64,000 bases of DNA. It comes from Camelus dromedarius. Taxonomy: Eukaryota. Within the stretch, counting starts at the first letter, position 1. Each line of letters opens with the position of its first letter. A program made the position numbers and the translations under genes. The notes below the pieces were generated by a model. It was not told the origin of the DNA. It saw nothing but the letters and a program-made list of their open reading frames with translations, and did not search any database. Below are positions 13,270-25,390 of this stretch, piece after piece. The stretch spans positions 31,622,001 to 31,686,000 of the forward strand of contig NC_087437.1 in the NCBI RefSeq assembly GCF_036321535.1, in the 5' to 3' direction.

Positions 13270-15185
13270 TAAATTTCTTGATCTGTGACTTTTGTCACTT
13301 AGCTATGTATATTGGAAACTGTTCCATGTTAATGCACGTAGGTCTACCTTGTTCTTAACTGCTGCAATGTTTTCCTTACTAAGAAACTCCATAGTTTACT
13401 TAAGCATGTCTCTTTTCAATGTTTAGATTATTTCCAATATTTATTATTACATATAGTATTTATATTTATATTCTTACGTGCATATGTTTCCCATTGGATA
13501 AATTCCTAGAAGTGAAATAGCTGAAAGAAAGTCAATGCCAGTTTAAAATTTTGATGGTCCTTATACCAAATTCTCCCTTGAGAAGATAGGATTAACTTAT
13601 TTTTGGCCAATAATTTATAAAGTGGCTATTTTCCTACATCTTCTTAATATTGGAGTCTTTAATTTTTCTCAAATTTTCACTTTTTTCTTGAGTGAAAAAA
13701 TGTTACTTCATTGTTATTTGTATTTCTTTATTGTTAATAAGGTTGAACTTTTTTCATATATTTAGTAGATATTTATATTTCTTCCTCTATTATCTGTTCA
13801 TGTATGTTGTCAAAATTTCTATAGTTATTTGTTTATTTTTATTTATGTATAGGAGTTTCTAACATAATATGGACTTATACTTTGTTTACATATTGCAAAT
13901 ATTTTCTCATGTTTGCATATCTTATTGTTTGTTGTAATTTTTTGTGTACCAATTTTTAAAAAATATCTTGTGCCAAATTCTGGTAAGGGTTCTTTGTCAA
14001 GTTCTTTTGGTTCCAAACAACAGAAACTCTGGCTAGCTCTAACCTAGATTCAAGCAATTTGAAAAACAACGTATGTTTAAAACTTTTATAGTATTATTGT
14101 TTTAGTTAGCTTTTTAATCTACTTGCAATTAGTATTTGTGAGTCAGATTTATAATTTCATGTTTTTTTGTTGTTTCATAAATGTATGGCTTTTTGTTCCA
14201 ATATCATCCTTTAAATTCTTCATTCTTTCTCCCTTGATTTGAAATGCCACCTGTTATGGTCTATTTCTGGACTCTGTTTTATGCTCTTGATCTGTTATCT
14301 TATCACTGAGTGTCTTAGTCTAATTGGACTGCTATAATGAACTATCATAGACTGGGTGACTTATAAATAACATTATTTATCTCTCACAGTTCTGGAGGCT
14401 GGAAAGTCCAAGATCAAGATGCTAGCTTATTGTTATCTGGTGATAGCCCCCTTCCTGGTTCATAGACAACTGCTTTCTTGCTTTGTCTTCACATGGCAGA
14501 AAAGGCAAAGGAGCTCTCTGGGGTTTCTTTTATAAGGGCACTCATCACACTCCTGAGGGCTTCATCCTTATGACCTAGTGACCTCCCAGAGGCTCCACCT
14601 TCAGATACCATCACATTGGGCAGTTGGTTTCAACTTAATACTGAGGGAATAGAAATATTTAGTATATAGGAGTGGGTCAGCAACACACTTTTAACTACCT
14701 TAGCTTTATATGTATTGACATTTTGTAGTGTAGTTGTTTATTTTGCTTTTCAGGTTATCCTGGCCTTTCTAACACATTTTCTCTTCTAGATGAATTAGAA
14801 TCAGCTTATCAGATTCCATAAAACTTTCTATATTATGATGTAGATTGGAGTTGCATTTGTTTTTTAGAGCAATTTGACATCTTGAGAATTGACATCTTTT
14901 TATCTTGAGTCTTTAAATTCTAAAACATAGTATTTCCCACCCCATTTATTCAAGCCTTATTTAAATCCCTTAATAAAGTTTTATGATTTTCTTGAAAATT
15001 GCATATTAGTTTAATTCCTAGACATGTAATTTTTGTTGCTATTGGGGATGGCATCTTTTTGTTCATTAGATTTTAAAATTTTTCTAAATGCCATTGATTT
15101 TTATACATTGATTTTGTAGGTAGCTCCCTTACTGAATTCTTTCACTACTTGTATTTGTTTTTTAGGTCATTTTCTTGAATATATT

Positions 15186-15216
<31 letters not shown>

Positions 15217-15640
15217 TCATTTTGTATATGTACACATATATATGAGTCACATTATATGCAAATAGTAACTTACCTTTTAATTTCTAATGGTTATACCCTC
15301 CCCACCCTACTACACCCCTTCTTTTTGTCTCATTAACTTGAATTGGACCTTTAGAACAACATTGAATAGTAAACTTGTAGGGTGCATCTTTGTCTTATTT
15401 CTGATTTAATGTGAACCCGACTAGTGTGTCTGTGTTAAAAAGGGTATTGGGTATAGGTTTCTTGGAGACGAATTTTATCAGTTAAAGGAATTCCCCTTTA
15501 TTTTTAGATCCTTAAGTTTAGTGTTTTAATCAGGAATAGTTGTTGAAATTTTAACAAATGCTTTTCTATCTTCTGTTGGGATGAATATATGATTTTTCTC
15601 CTTTATTCTGTTAATGTAGTAAGTAATACTAATAGATTTT
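13270..15640 (-). mobile_element. Very old L1 (L1ME-like) remnant interrupted by an MLT1 LTR
   Basis: Degenerate antisense L1 motifs, e.g. ggataaattcctagaagtgaaatagctg and ggacctttagaacaacattgaatagt. Confidence 0.65.
14311..14671 (-). mobile_element. MaLR solo LTR (MLT1A-like)
   Basis: tgtcttagtc...gctataatgaactatcatagactgggtgacttataaa...ctcacagttctggaggctggaaagtccaagatcaag...tataagggcactcatc; about 360 bp. Confidence 0.85.
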
Positions 15641-15644
15641 CTTT

Positions 15645-18600
15645 TTTAAAACATTTTATTTATTTATTATCATTTAAAAATTTTTAGATTTTTTTTGAGG
15701 TAGCCTTGTTTTATAACATGTTTCATTCATATATACATTGTATTTGTTTATGTCCTACATTGTGCTCACCACCAAAAATTCAGTTTCCATTTGTCACCAT
15801 ACAGTTGATTCTCTTTAGCAATTTCACCCTCCTCCACCCTGCCCTTACCCCTCTAGTAACCACTTCTCTGTTCTCTGTATCTATGTGGTTGTTTTGGTTT
15901 AGTTTTGTTTGTTCATTTATTTTGTTTTGTTTGTTTATTTGTTCTTTATATTCCACATGTGAGTGAAATTCCGTCTGACTTATTTTACTTAGCATAATAC
16001 CCTCAAGGTCCATCCATGTTGTCATAGATGACAAGATTTCATCTCTTTTTATGGCTGAGTAGTATTCCAGTGTGTTTATGGTATATACATGTATATACCA
16101 GCTTATTTATCCATTCATCTGTTGTTGAGTACTTGGGTTGTTTCCATATCTTGGCTATTGTAAATAATGCTGTGATGAACATTGGAGTGTATATATCACT
16201 TTGAATTAGTGTTTTCAATTAATTAGTTATTAATTAATTAATTAAATACCCAGAAATAGGATAGTTGGATCATATAGTAGTTCTGTTCTTAATTTTTTGA
16301 GCAATCTCCATACTGTTTTCCATAGTGGCTGCACCAGTTTACATTTTTACTGAAAGTGCACAGGTGTTCCCTTTTTTCCATATCCTGGTCAACATATGTT
16401 ATTTCTTGCCTTTTTGTTGATAGCCAATCTAACAGTGTGAAGTGATACCTCATTATGGTTTTGACTTGCATTTCCCTAATAATTAGTGATGTTGAACATC
16501 TTCTCATGTATCTGTTGGCCATCTATATGTCTTCTTTAGAAAAAAGTCTATTCAGATCCTCTGCCCATTTTTAATTGGGTTGTTTGGGTTTTTTTATTGT
16601 TGAGTTTTATGTGTTCTTTGTATATTTTGGATATTAAACCCTTATCAGGTATATAATTTGAGAATATCTTCTCCCATGTGGTAGATTGTCTTTTTATTTT
16701 GTTGGTGGTCTCCTTTGCTGTGCAGAAGCTCTTCAGTTTGACGTAGTTGCATTTATTTTTGTTTTTGTTCCTCTTGCCTGAGGAGACCTATCTAGAAAGA
16801 TACTGCAAACACCAATGTCAAAAAGCATACTGCCTATGTTTTCTTCTAGGAGTTTTATGGTTTCAGGTGTTACATTCAAGTCTTTAATCTGTTTTGAGTT
16901 GATTTTGGTGCATAGTATGAGATAGTGATCTAGTTTCATTTTTTTGCATATGGTTGCCCAGTTTTCCCAATACCATTTATTGAAGAGATTATCCTTTCTC
17001 CATTGTACATTCTTTACTCCTTTTTTGTAAACTAATTGTCCCTATACGCATGGGTTTATATCTTGGCTCTCAGTTCTGTTCCATTGATCTATGTATCTTT
17101 TTCCCCCAATATCATGCTGTTTTGATTACCTGGCTTTGAAATATGGTTTAAAATTAGGGAGAATGATACCTCTAGCTTTGTTCTTTTTCTTCAGGATTGC
17201 TTTGGCTATCTGGAGTCTTTAGTGGTTCCATATAATATTAGAAGCTTTTGCTTTACTTCTGTGAAAAATGTCTTTGGGATTTTGATAGGGATTGCATTGA
17301 ATCTGTAGATTGATGTAGGTAATATGGACATTTTAACAATGTTAATTCTTCAAATTCATGAGCATAGATTATCTTTCCATTTATTTGTGTCTTCTTCAGT
17401 TTCTTTCAACAATGTCTTCAGTATGCAGGTCTTTTACCTCCTTGTTTAAATTTATTTCTAGGTATTTTATTCTTTTTGATGCAATTGTAAATAAGATTGT
17501 TTTCTTAATTTCTCTATCTACTAGCTTATTATTAGTGTATAGAAACAAAACCAATTTTTGTATGTTGATTTTTCTACCCTGCAACTTTACTTATTTTTTT
17601 ATTTCTAATAGTTTTTTTGTGTGTGGAGTATTTGGGGTTTTCCACATGTAAAATCATGTCATCTACAAATAGTGACAATTTTACTTCTTCCTTTCCAATT
17701 TGGATGCCTTTTATTTATTTTCTTGCATAATTTCTCTGGTTAAAACTTCCAATATTATGTTGAATAAGAGTAGTGAGAGTGCACATCCTTTCTTGTTCCT
17801 GATTTTAGAGAGATAGCCTTCAGTTTTTCACCATTGAGTATGATGTCAGCTGTGGGTTTGTCATATATGTTCTTTGTTATATTGAGGTACATTCCTTCTA
17901 TACTTACTTTATTGAGAGGTTTTTTTTTTTATCATAAATGGGTGTTGAATCTTGTCAAATGCTTTTTCTGCCTCTATAAGATGATCATATGGTTTTTATC
18001 CTTCATCTTGTTATGTTGATGTATCATGCTGATTGATTTGCATATGTTGAACCATCTCTGCATCCCTGGAATAAATCCCACTTGATCAAGGTTATTATAC
18101 TTTTAATCTGTTGCTATATTCAGTTTGCTAATATTTTGTTGAAGATTTTTGCATCTATGTTCGTCAGAGATATTGGCCTGTAATTTGTGTATGTGTGTGT
18201 GTTGTCATTGTCTCGTTTTTGTATTACAGTGATGTTGGTCTCATAAAATGAGTTAAGAAGTGTTCCTTCATCTTCAGTTTTTTAGAGTAGTTTGACAGTT
18301 ATTCAGTCTTTGAATGTTTAGTAGAATTCACCTGTGAAGCCATCTGGTCCTGGACTTTCGTTTTGGGAGAACTTTTTGATTGTTATTTCGATCTCTGTAC
18401 TAGTGATCCATCTTTTTAGATTTTCTGTTTCTTCATGATTCAGTTTTGGAAGGTTTTATGATTCTAAAAATAAGTCCATTTCTTCTTGGTTGTTCAGTTT
18501 GTTGGCAGATAGCCGTTCATAATAGTCTCTTATAATCCTTTATATTTTTGTGGTATCTAACTATTACTTCTCCTCTTCCATTTTTGACTTTATTTATCAG

Positions 18601-20285
18601 AGCCTTCTGTCTCTTTTTCCTTAATCTAGCCAATCAATTTTGTTTATCTTTTCAAAGAATCAGCTCTTAGTTTCATTGCTTTTTTTTCTATTATCTTTTT
18701 AGTCTCTATTTCCACTCTGATCTTTATTATTTCCTTCCTTCTACTGACTTTAGACTTCATTTGTTCTTTTTCTAGTTCCTTTAGATGTAATCTTAGATCG
18801 CTTAATTGAGATTTTTTTGTTTGTTTATTGAGGTAAGTCTGTATTGCTATAAACTTTCTTCTTAGAATTTCTTTTGCTGCATCTCATAGATTTTGGTATG
18901 TTGTATTTTCATTTTCATTTGTCTTCAGGTAACTTTTGATTTCTCCTTTCATTTCTTCATTGACCCAATAGTTGTTTAGTAGCATGTTGTTCAATCTCTA
19001 CATGATTGTGATTTTTCCAGCTTTCTCCTTGTAGTTACTTTCTGTTTTCATACCATTGTGATTGGAAAAGTTGCTTGATTGATTTCAGTCTTTAAATTTA
19101 TTGAAACTTGTTTTGTGTCCCAACATACGGTCTATTCTTCAGAAAGTTCCATGTGCCCTTGAAAAGAATGTGTATTCTGCTACATTTGAATGGAATGTTC
19201 TGTACAAATCTGTCACATCCATCTGGACTAATGTTTCATTTAAGGTCAGTGTTCCATTGATGACTTTTGCCTAGGTGATCTATTTATTGATGTAAGTGGG
19301 ATTTAAAGTTTCCTGCTATTATTGGGTTACTATCAATTTCTCCCTCTAGGTCTGTTAATAATTGTTTTATATATTTTGTGCTCCTGTGTTAGGTGTTTAT
19401 ATATTAATAACTGTTATGTCTTCTTGATGAATTATTCCTTTGTCATTATATACTGTCCATTTTGTCTCTTATTATCTTTTTTGGCTTGAAGTGTATTTTG
19501 TCTGATGTATGTCTATACCCACTTTTTTTTTTGCTGCCATTTGCTTGTAGTATGATCTTTTATTCTTTCACTTTAAGACTACATTTGTTAAATATAACTG
19601 AGATGAGTCTCTTGGAGGCAGCATGTAGTTGGGTCTTGTTTTATAAACCATCCAGTCACTCTGTATTGTTTGAATGGTGAATTCAGTCCATTTATATTTA
19701 GAGTGATTATTGATTATTGATAGAAGAAGACTTAGTACTGCCAATTTATCTTTTGTTCTCTGGCTACTCTATTTCTTCATTATTTCTTGGAGAAGGCCTT
19801 GTGATTCTGCCTGCCATTTTGGTTTGGTAGTTTTCTATGATGTTTTTCTCAGTTATCATTTTTTTTTCTGTTTCGTGTCTCTGCTCCACATTTATGTTTT
19901 GTAGTTACCATGAAGTTTGTATAAAATGTCTCATAGATAAAGTAGTCCTTTTTATTTATTTTTTAACATTTTTTAATTGATTTATAATCATTTTACAATG
20001 TTGTGTCAAATTCCAATGTAGAGCACAATTTTTCAGTTATACATTAACATATATATATATTCATTGTCACATTTTTTTCTCTGTGAGCTACCATAAGATC
20101 TTGTGTATATTTCCCTGTGCTATACAGTATAATCTTGTTTATCTATTCTACAATTTTGAAATCCCAGTCTATCTCTTCCCACTCCCCACCCCCTTGGCAA
20201 CCACAAGTCTGTATTCTATGTCTATGAGTCAAATAGTCCTTTTTAGATAACATCCTACCTTCATTTACCTATACATTCACTCTCC
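15645..20285 (-). mobile_element. LINE-1 of about 4.3 kb (3' UTR, most of ORF2 including the endonuclease region), degenerate
   Basis: Minus-strand ORF2 fragments: [71 protein letters not shown]. Confidence 0.93.
19955..20230 (-). mobile_element. Young LINE-1 3' UTR fragment nested in an older L1
   Basis: Reverse complement matches the 3' UTR at about 57440-57690. A-rich tail. TSD aa(g/a)tagtccttttta at 19940-19954 and 20231-20245. Confidence 0.92.
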
Positions 20286-20380
20286 CATGTTGCTTACATC
20301 ACTCTCTCCTAATATATTTTCTAATATGAAATAATACTTGCATTTTTGGTATAAAGCCATTTGGATTATGGTGTGTATTT

Positions 20381-20655
20381 CAGGGTTTCCTAAATTTTAT
20401 GCATTTTCTTACCTTCTTCATGATATTTTTCCACAGCTATGAACACTCTGTAGTATTCTTCCATAAATACTCCATTAATTATATATGTGTAAAGGAAATT
20501 TTCTATAATAATAATAAATGGAAAAACATTATCACTTGCCATAAAAAGAAAGTTAAAAATAAAGATACAGTTATTAAAATAAAATGTGTCTTTGTACCAC
20601 TGAAATAATTATCCATATTACTAGTTATGTGTGTGATAGTTTATGAAAATTATTG
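20381..20655. mobile_element. Possible old hAT-Charlie-like DNA transposon remnant
   Basis: Starts cagggtttcctaaa and ends with a decayed gtaccactg...agtttatgaaaattattg. Resemblance only. Confidence 0.35.
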
Positions 20656-21549
20656 TTCCTTTAGTATGGTGCTGGATTAATTTGCTAATTTTTTACACAG
20701 ATTTTTGCATCCATGTTCACTATTGAGGTTGACCAGTAGTTTTCATGTTTTATATTATAAAGACTGGCTTATACTGGCCTCTTAAAAAAAGTTAAGAAGA
20801 CTTTCACCTTTTGTGCTTACTAGATGTTTTGAATAACACATGAGTTGCCTCTTCCTTGCAGCTTTGGCAGATATTGTTTAAAAAGTATGCTTGTATCTTT
20901 TCTGAGAAGTAGAGTTTTGATGGCCCATTATGTTTCCTCTACAATTATTGGTTTATTTATGGATTTTACCCCTTCCTGGATCAATTTTGGAAATTGGTAT
21001 TTTTCTAGAAAGACAAGTATTTCACTAGCATTTCAAATTTCTTAATAGTTAGTAATATATGTTATCCCTTTATTTAAAAAATTTCCTTTGTATCTTTTAT
21101 GACCCCCTTTATCTTTTCTTGGGATGATTATTTGTGTCTGGTTAAGAGAGATACAGTGTAAAGAAAGAGAGAGAAAACTTGTTTTTCTAAGAAATAAACA
21201 GATTTGTCTATTATATTGACCTTTTCAAAGAGCCAGATATTAGCTTAATTGATCAAATCTGTTACTTTACTATCTCATTAGTTTATACTCTTGTTTATAT
21301 GTATATATTTACTATCCTTAAAAAAATTTCGAGTTCTCTTACTAGTTACTTCATCAAAGTCAAGGCTAATTTGTTTTCAGTCAGTTTCTATTTCAAAGTT
21401 AGATGATTGGATATATAAGACCTATCTTTTTTGATTAGATGTTTTAATATAAAATATTCTTGTTAACCTACTTCACCTTTTCTAACACTTAATTATTTAA
21501 ATTATATTTTGTAACTTTATACTTCACGAATGTTTTATACTGGCTTTTT

Positions 21550-21775
21550 TAAATCGAAGTATTGTTCATCTAAATATATTAATTTCAGGTATACAGCATA
21601 GTGATTCAGTATTTTACAGATTATACTCCACTAAAGGTTATTGCAAGATAATGGCTATAATTCCCTCTGCTATGTTCTTTGTTGCTTATCTGGTGTATAC
21701 ATAGTAATTTATATCTCTTCATTGCATATCCCTAATTAGTCCCTTCCTTCATCCTTCTCCCCTTTGGTAACTGAC
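21550..21775 (-). mobile_element. Short LINE-1 3' end
   Basis: tttcaggtatacagcatagtgattcagtattttacagattatactccactaaaggttattgcaagataatggctata...cctttggtaac. Confidence 0.85.
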
Positions 21776-23387
21776 TTTTAAAAAAATTAATAGACTTTAA
21801 TTTTTGGAGCAGTTTTAGGTTCACAGCAAAATCTAGTGGAACATACAGAGAGTTTCCATATACCCACTGCCTGTACACATGTACAACTCTCCCCACTATA
21901 TAATCCTACCTCACTGTGATACATTTGTTAAAGTCAGTGAACCTACCTTGGCACATCATTATCACCTCAAAATATAGTTTACATTAGGGTTCACTCTTGA
22001 TGTTGTACATTCTACGGGTTTTGACAAATGTATATGGCCATATATCTACCACTGTAGTACCATACAGAATAGATACACTGCCCTAGAAATCCTCTGTGTT
22101 CTGTTTGTCCCTCCCTCCCCTCTAAGGATGGAGAACCACTGTCTGCTGTCTCCATAACTTTGCCTTTTCCAGAATGTCATATGGTTGGAATCATAGTGTG
22201 TAGCCTTTCAGTTAGCTTCTTTTTTGAATTAGCTTCTTTCAGTTAGTAATATGCATCTGAGTTTATTCTATGTCTTTTCATGGCTTCATAGCTCGTTTCT
22301 TTTAGCACTGAATAATATTCCATTCTGTGAATTAATCATAGTTTATTTATCCATTCACCAACTGAAGTGCACCTTAGTTGCTTCCATGTTTTGACAGTTA
22401 TGAATAAGGCTGCTGTAAATATCCATGTGCAGGTTTTTGTGTGCACATACATTTTCAGCTCCTTTGGATAAATACCAAAGAGTGTGATTGCTGAATCATA
22501 AAGTAAAAGTATCTGTAGTTTTGTAAGAAACTACCAAAGTGGCTCTATCACTTTGCATTCCCATCAGCAGTGAGTGAGAGTTCCTGTTACATGTCGTCAC
22601 CAGCTTTTGGTGGTGTTGGTGTTTTGGATTTTGGCCATTCTATTAGGTGTGTAGTAGCCTCTTATTGTTTTAATTTATGTTTCCTTGATAACATATGACG
22701 TTGAACATCTTTGAATATGCTTGCTATCTGTATATCTTCTTTGCTGAGGTGTTTGTTCAGGTCTTTTGCCCATTTAAAATCAGGTTGTGTTCTTATTGTT
22801 GAGTTTTAAGAGTTCTTTGTATATTTTGGATAACAGTCCTTTATCAGATGTGTCTTTTGCAAATATTTTTTCCCGGTGTGTGACTTGTCTTCCAGTTCTC
22901 TTGACATTCTCTTTTGTAGAGCAGGAAGTTTTGAAATTTAATGAAATCTAGCTTATTAATTCATAAATCTTACCTTCAGAATTGCATTTAAAAAGTCACT
23001 GCTGTACCCAAGGTCATTTAGGTTTTCTCCTATGTTATCTTCTAGGAGTTTTACAGTTTTGTATTTTGTGTTAGGTCTATGATTCATTTGAGTTAATTAT
23101 TGTGAAGCATGTGTGGCCTGTGCCTAGATTTCTTTTTTCTTCTTTCTTTCATTTTTTTTTACATGTAGATGTTGTCTAAATGTTCCAGCTCCATTGGTTA
23201 AAGAGACTATCTTTGCTCTATTGTATTGCCTTTGTGCCTTTGTTGTATTTATGTGAGTCTATTTCTGGACTATATTATGTTCCATTAATCTCTTTGTCCA
23301 TTTTTCCACCAAAATCACACTATTATAGTAAGTCTTGAAGCCAGGTAATGTCAGCCCTCCGACTTTGTTCTTCTCCTTCAATTTTGA

Positions 23388-23423
23388 GAGAGCGCCGAAT
23401 CCTAATCACTAGACCACCAGGGA
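23388..23423 (-). pseudogene. Tailless retropseudogene of the 5' half of tRNA-Glu(CTC)
   Basis: Reverse complement tccctggtggtctagtgattaggattcggcgctctc equals nt 1-36 of mammalian tRNA-Glu-CTC with one mismatch and ends at the anticodon. Perfect 17-bp TSD ttctccttcaattttga at 23371-23387 and 23428-23444. Confidence 0.93.
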
Positions 23424-23839
23424 GGGTTTCTCCTTCAATTTTGAATTGTCTATTCTGGGTCTTTTGCCTCTCCATATAAACTTCAGATTTTGTTTGTCCA
23501 TAACCCCAAAATAACTTGCTGGGATTTTGTTTGGGATTGAATTAATGGGAAGAATTGATGTCTTGACAATATTGAATCTTCCTATTCACAAACATGGGAT
23601 ATCTCTTCATTTATTTAGTTCTTTATTTTTGTTCATCTGAGTTTTATTGTTTTCCTCATATAGTTCTTATACATATTTCATTAGAGTTTGTATATTTCAT
23701 ACCTGCATTTTTGGGAGGCACTAATGTAGGTGGTAATGTGTTTTTAACTTCCTACTCCATGTGTTCATGGTATATAGTGAAGTTACTGACATTTGTATAA
23801 TTAACTTTCTATTTTGTGACCTTGCTATAAGCACTTGTT

Positions 23840-24043
23840 TTATTACCTTTTCTAATCCATCCAGTTTTTCTATAAAGTGTAAGACCTCAACCCCAAGATG
23901 GGCTCATAGTCTTTAAGGCATTAACCTGCTGTGACTTCCTTTGCCTGGCAAAGCAATAAAGCTGTTCTTTTCTATCCTCCCCAAACTCTGCCTCCAACTC
24001 TCAGTTTGGCTATCGGGGTACAGAGACTGGTTTTTCAGCAACA
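23840..24043 (+). mobile_element. 3' part of an endogenous retroviral LTR
   Basis: Non-L1 segment with tataaa, gcaaagcAATAAAgc and a terminal ...tttcagcaaCA, interrupting the L1. Confidence 0.7.
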
Positions 24044-24749
24044 AAGCTTCGATTTTTTCACTACTAAATATGATATTAACTGTCATTTTTTTTGGTAAAT
24101 GTTCTTTATAGAATTGAGGAAGTTTCTCTCTATTCCTAGTTTGCTAAGCGTTTTTTATCATAAATGCATGTTGGATTTTGTCAAATGCTTTTTTCTGTAT
24201 CTATTGATAAGATCATGTGATTTTTCTTCTTTAGCATGTTGATGTGCTGGATTACATTAATTGATTTTTGAATGTTGAACCAGCTTTAATATCTGGAATA
24301 AATCCCACTTGATTGTGGTATTTAATTCTTTTTATATATTTTCAAATTTTATTTGCTAATATTTTATTGACAATTTTTACATCTATGTTTGTGAGAGATA
24401 CTGATCTGTAGTTTTCTTGTAATGTCTTTGGTTTTGGTATTGTGGTAATGCTGGCCTCAGTGAATGAATTGAATAGTCTCTTCACTTATTTCTATTGAAA
24501 GAGAGATTTGGTACAATTTTTTCTTTAAATGTTTGGTAGAATTTACCAGTGAATCCATCTGGACCTGGTGCTTTCTACTTTGGAAGTTTGTTAATTATTC
24601 ATGCAATTTCTTTATAGATACAGTTATGTTCAGTTTGTCAATTCTTGTATGAGTTTTGGCATTTCTTTCAAGGAATTGGTTCATTTCATCTAGATTATCA
24701 AATTTGTGGGCATAGAGTTATTCATAGTATTTCTTCTAAATTTTTTAAA

Positions 24750-25390
24750 ATTATTTTTTCTTTTTTATTGAGGTCTAGTTGATTTACAATATTGTGTAAG
24801 TTTTTGGTGTACAACATAGTGATTCACAATTATTAAAGGTTATACTCCATTTATAAAATATTCCCTGTGTTGTACAATATATCCTATAGCTTATTTTATA
24901 CCTAATAGTTTGTATTTTGTAAATCCATACCCATGTATTACCCTTACCTCTTCCTCTCCCCACTGGTAACCACTGGTTTGTTCTCTATATCTGAGTCTCC
25001 TTCTTTTTTGTTATATTCACTGGTTTGTTATATTTTTTAGATTCCACATATAAGTAATATACAATATTTGCTTTCTCTGACTTATTTCAGTAAGCTTGAT
25101 ACCCTTCAAGTCCATCCATGTTGTTGCAAATAGCAAAATTTCATTCTTTCTTATTGCTTGGTAGTATTCCATTGTATGTATATACCATGTCTTCTTTATC
25201 CATTCATCTGTTGATGGACACTTAGGTTGCTTTCATATTTTGCCTATTGTAAACAATACTGCTATGAACATCAAATATATATATATATATATATATTTGA
25301 ATTAATACTGCCATTTTCTTCAGATATATACCTAGGAATGGAATTGCTGGATCATAAGGTAATTCTATTTTTAGTTTTTTGAGGGATCTC
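24750..25390 (-). mobile_element. Younger LINE-1 3' fragment nested in the L1MC1-like element
   Basis: T-rich tail, then attgaggtctagttgatttacaatattgtgtaagtt...gattccacatataagt...gaattgctggatcata. Confidence 0.88.

Noticed and set aside
23388..23423. Functional tRNA gene
   Set aside because: Only the 5' 36 nt are present; no B box, T arm or 3' acceptor strand.
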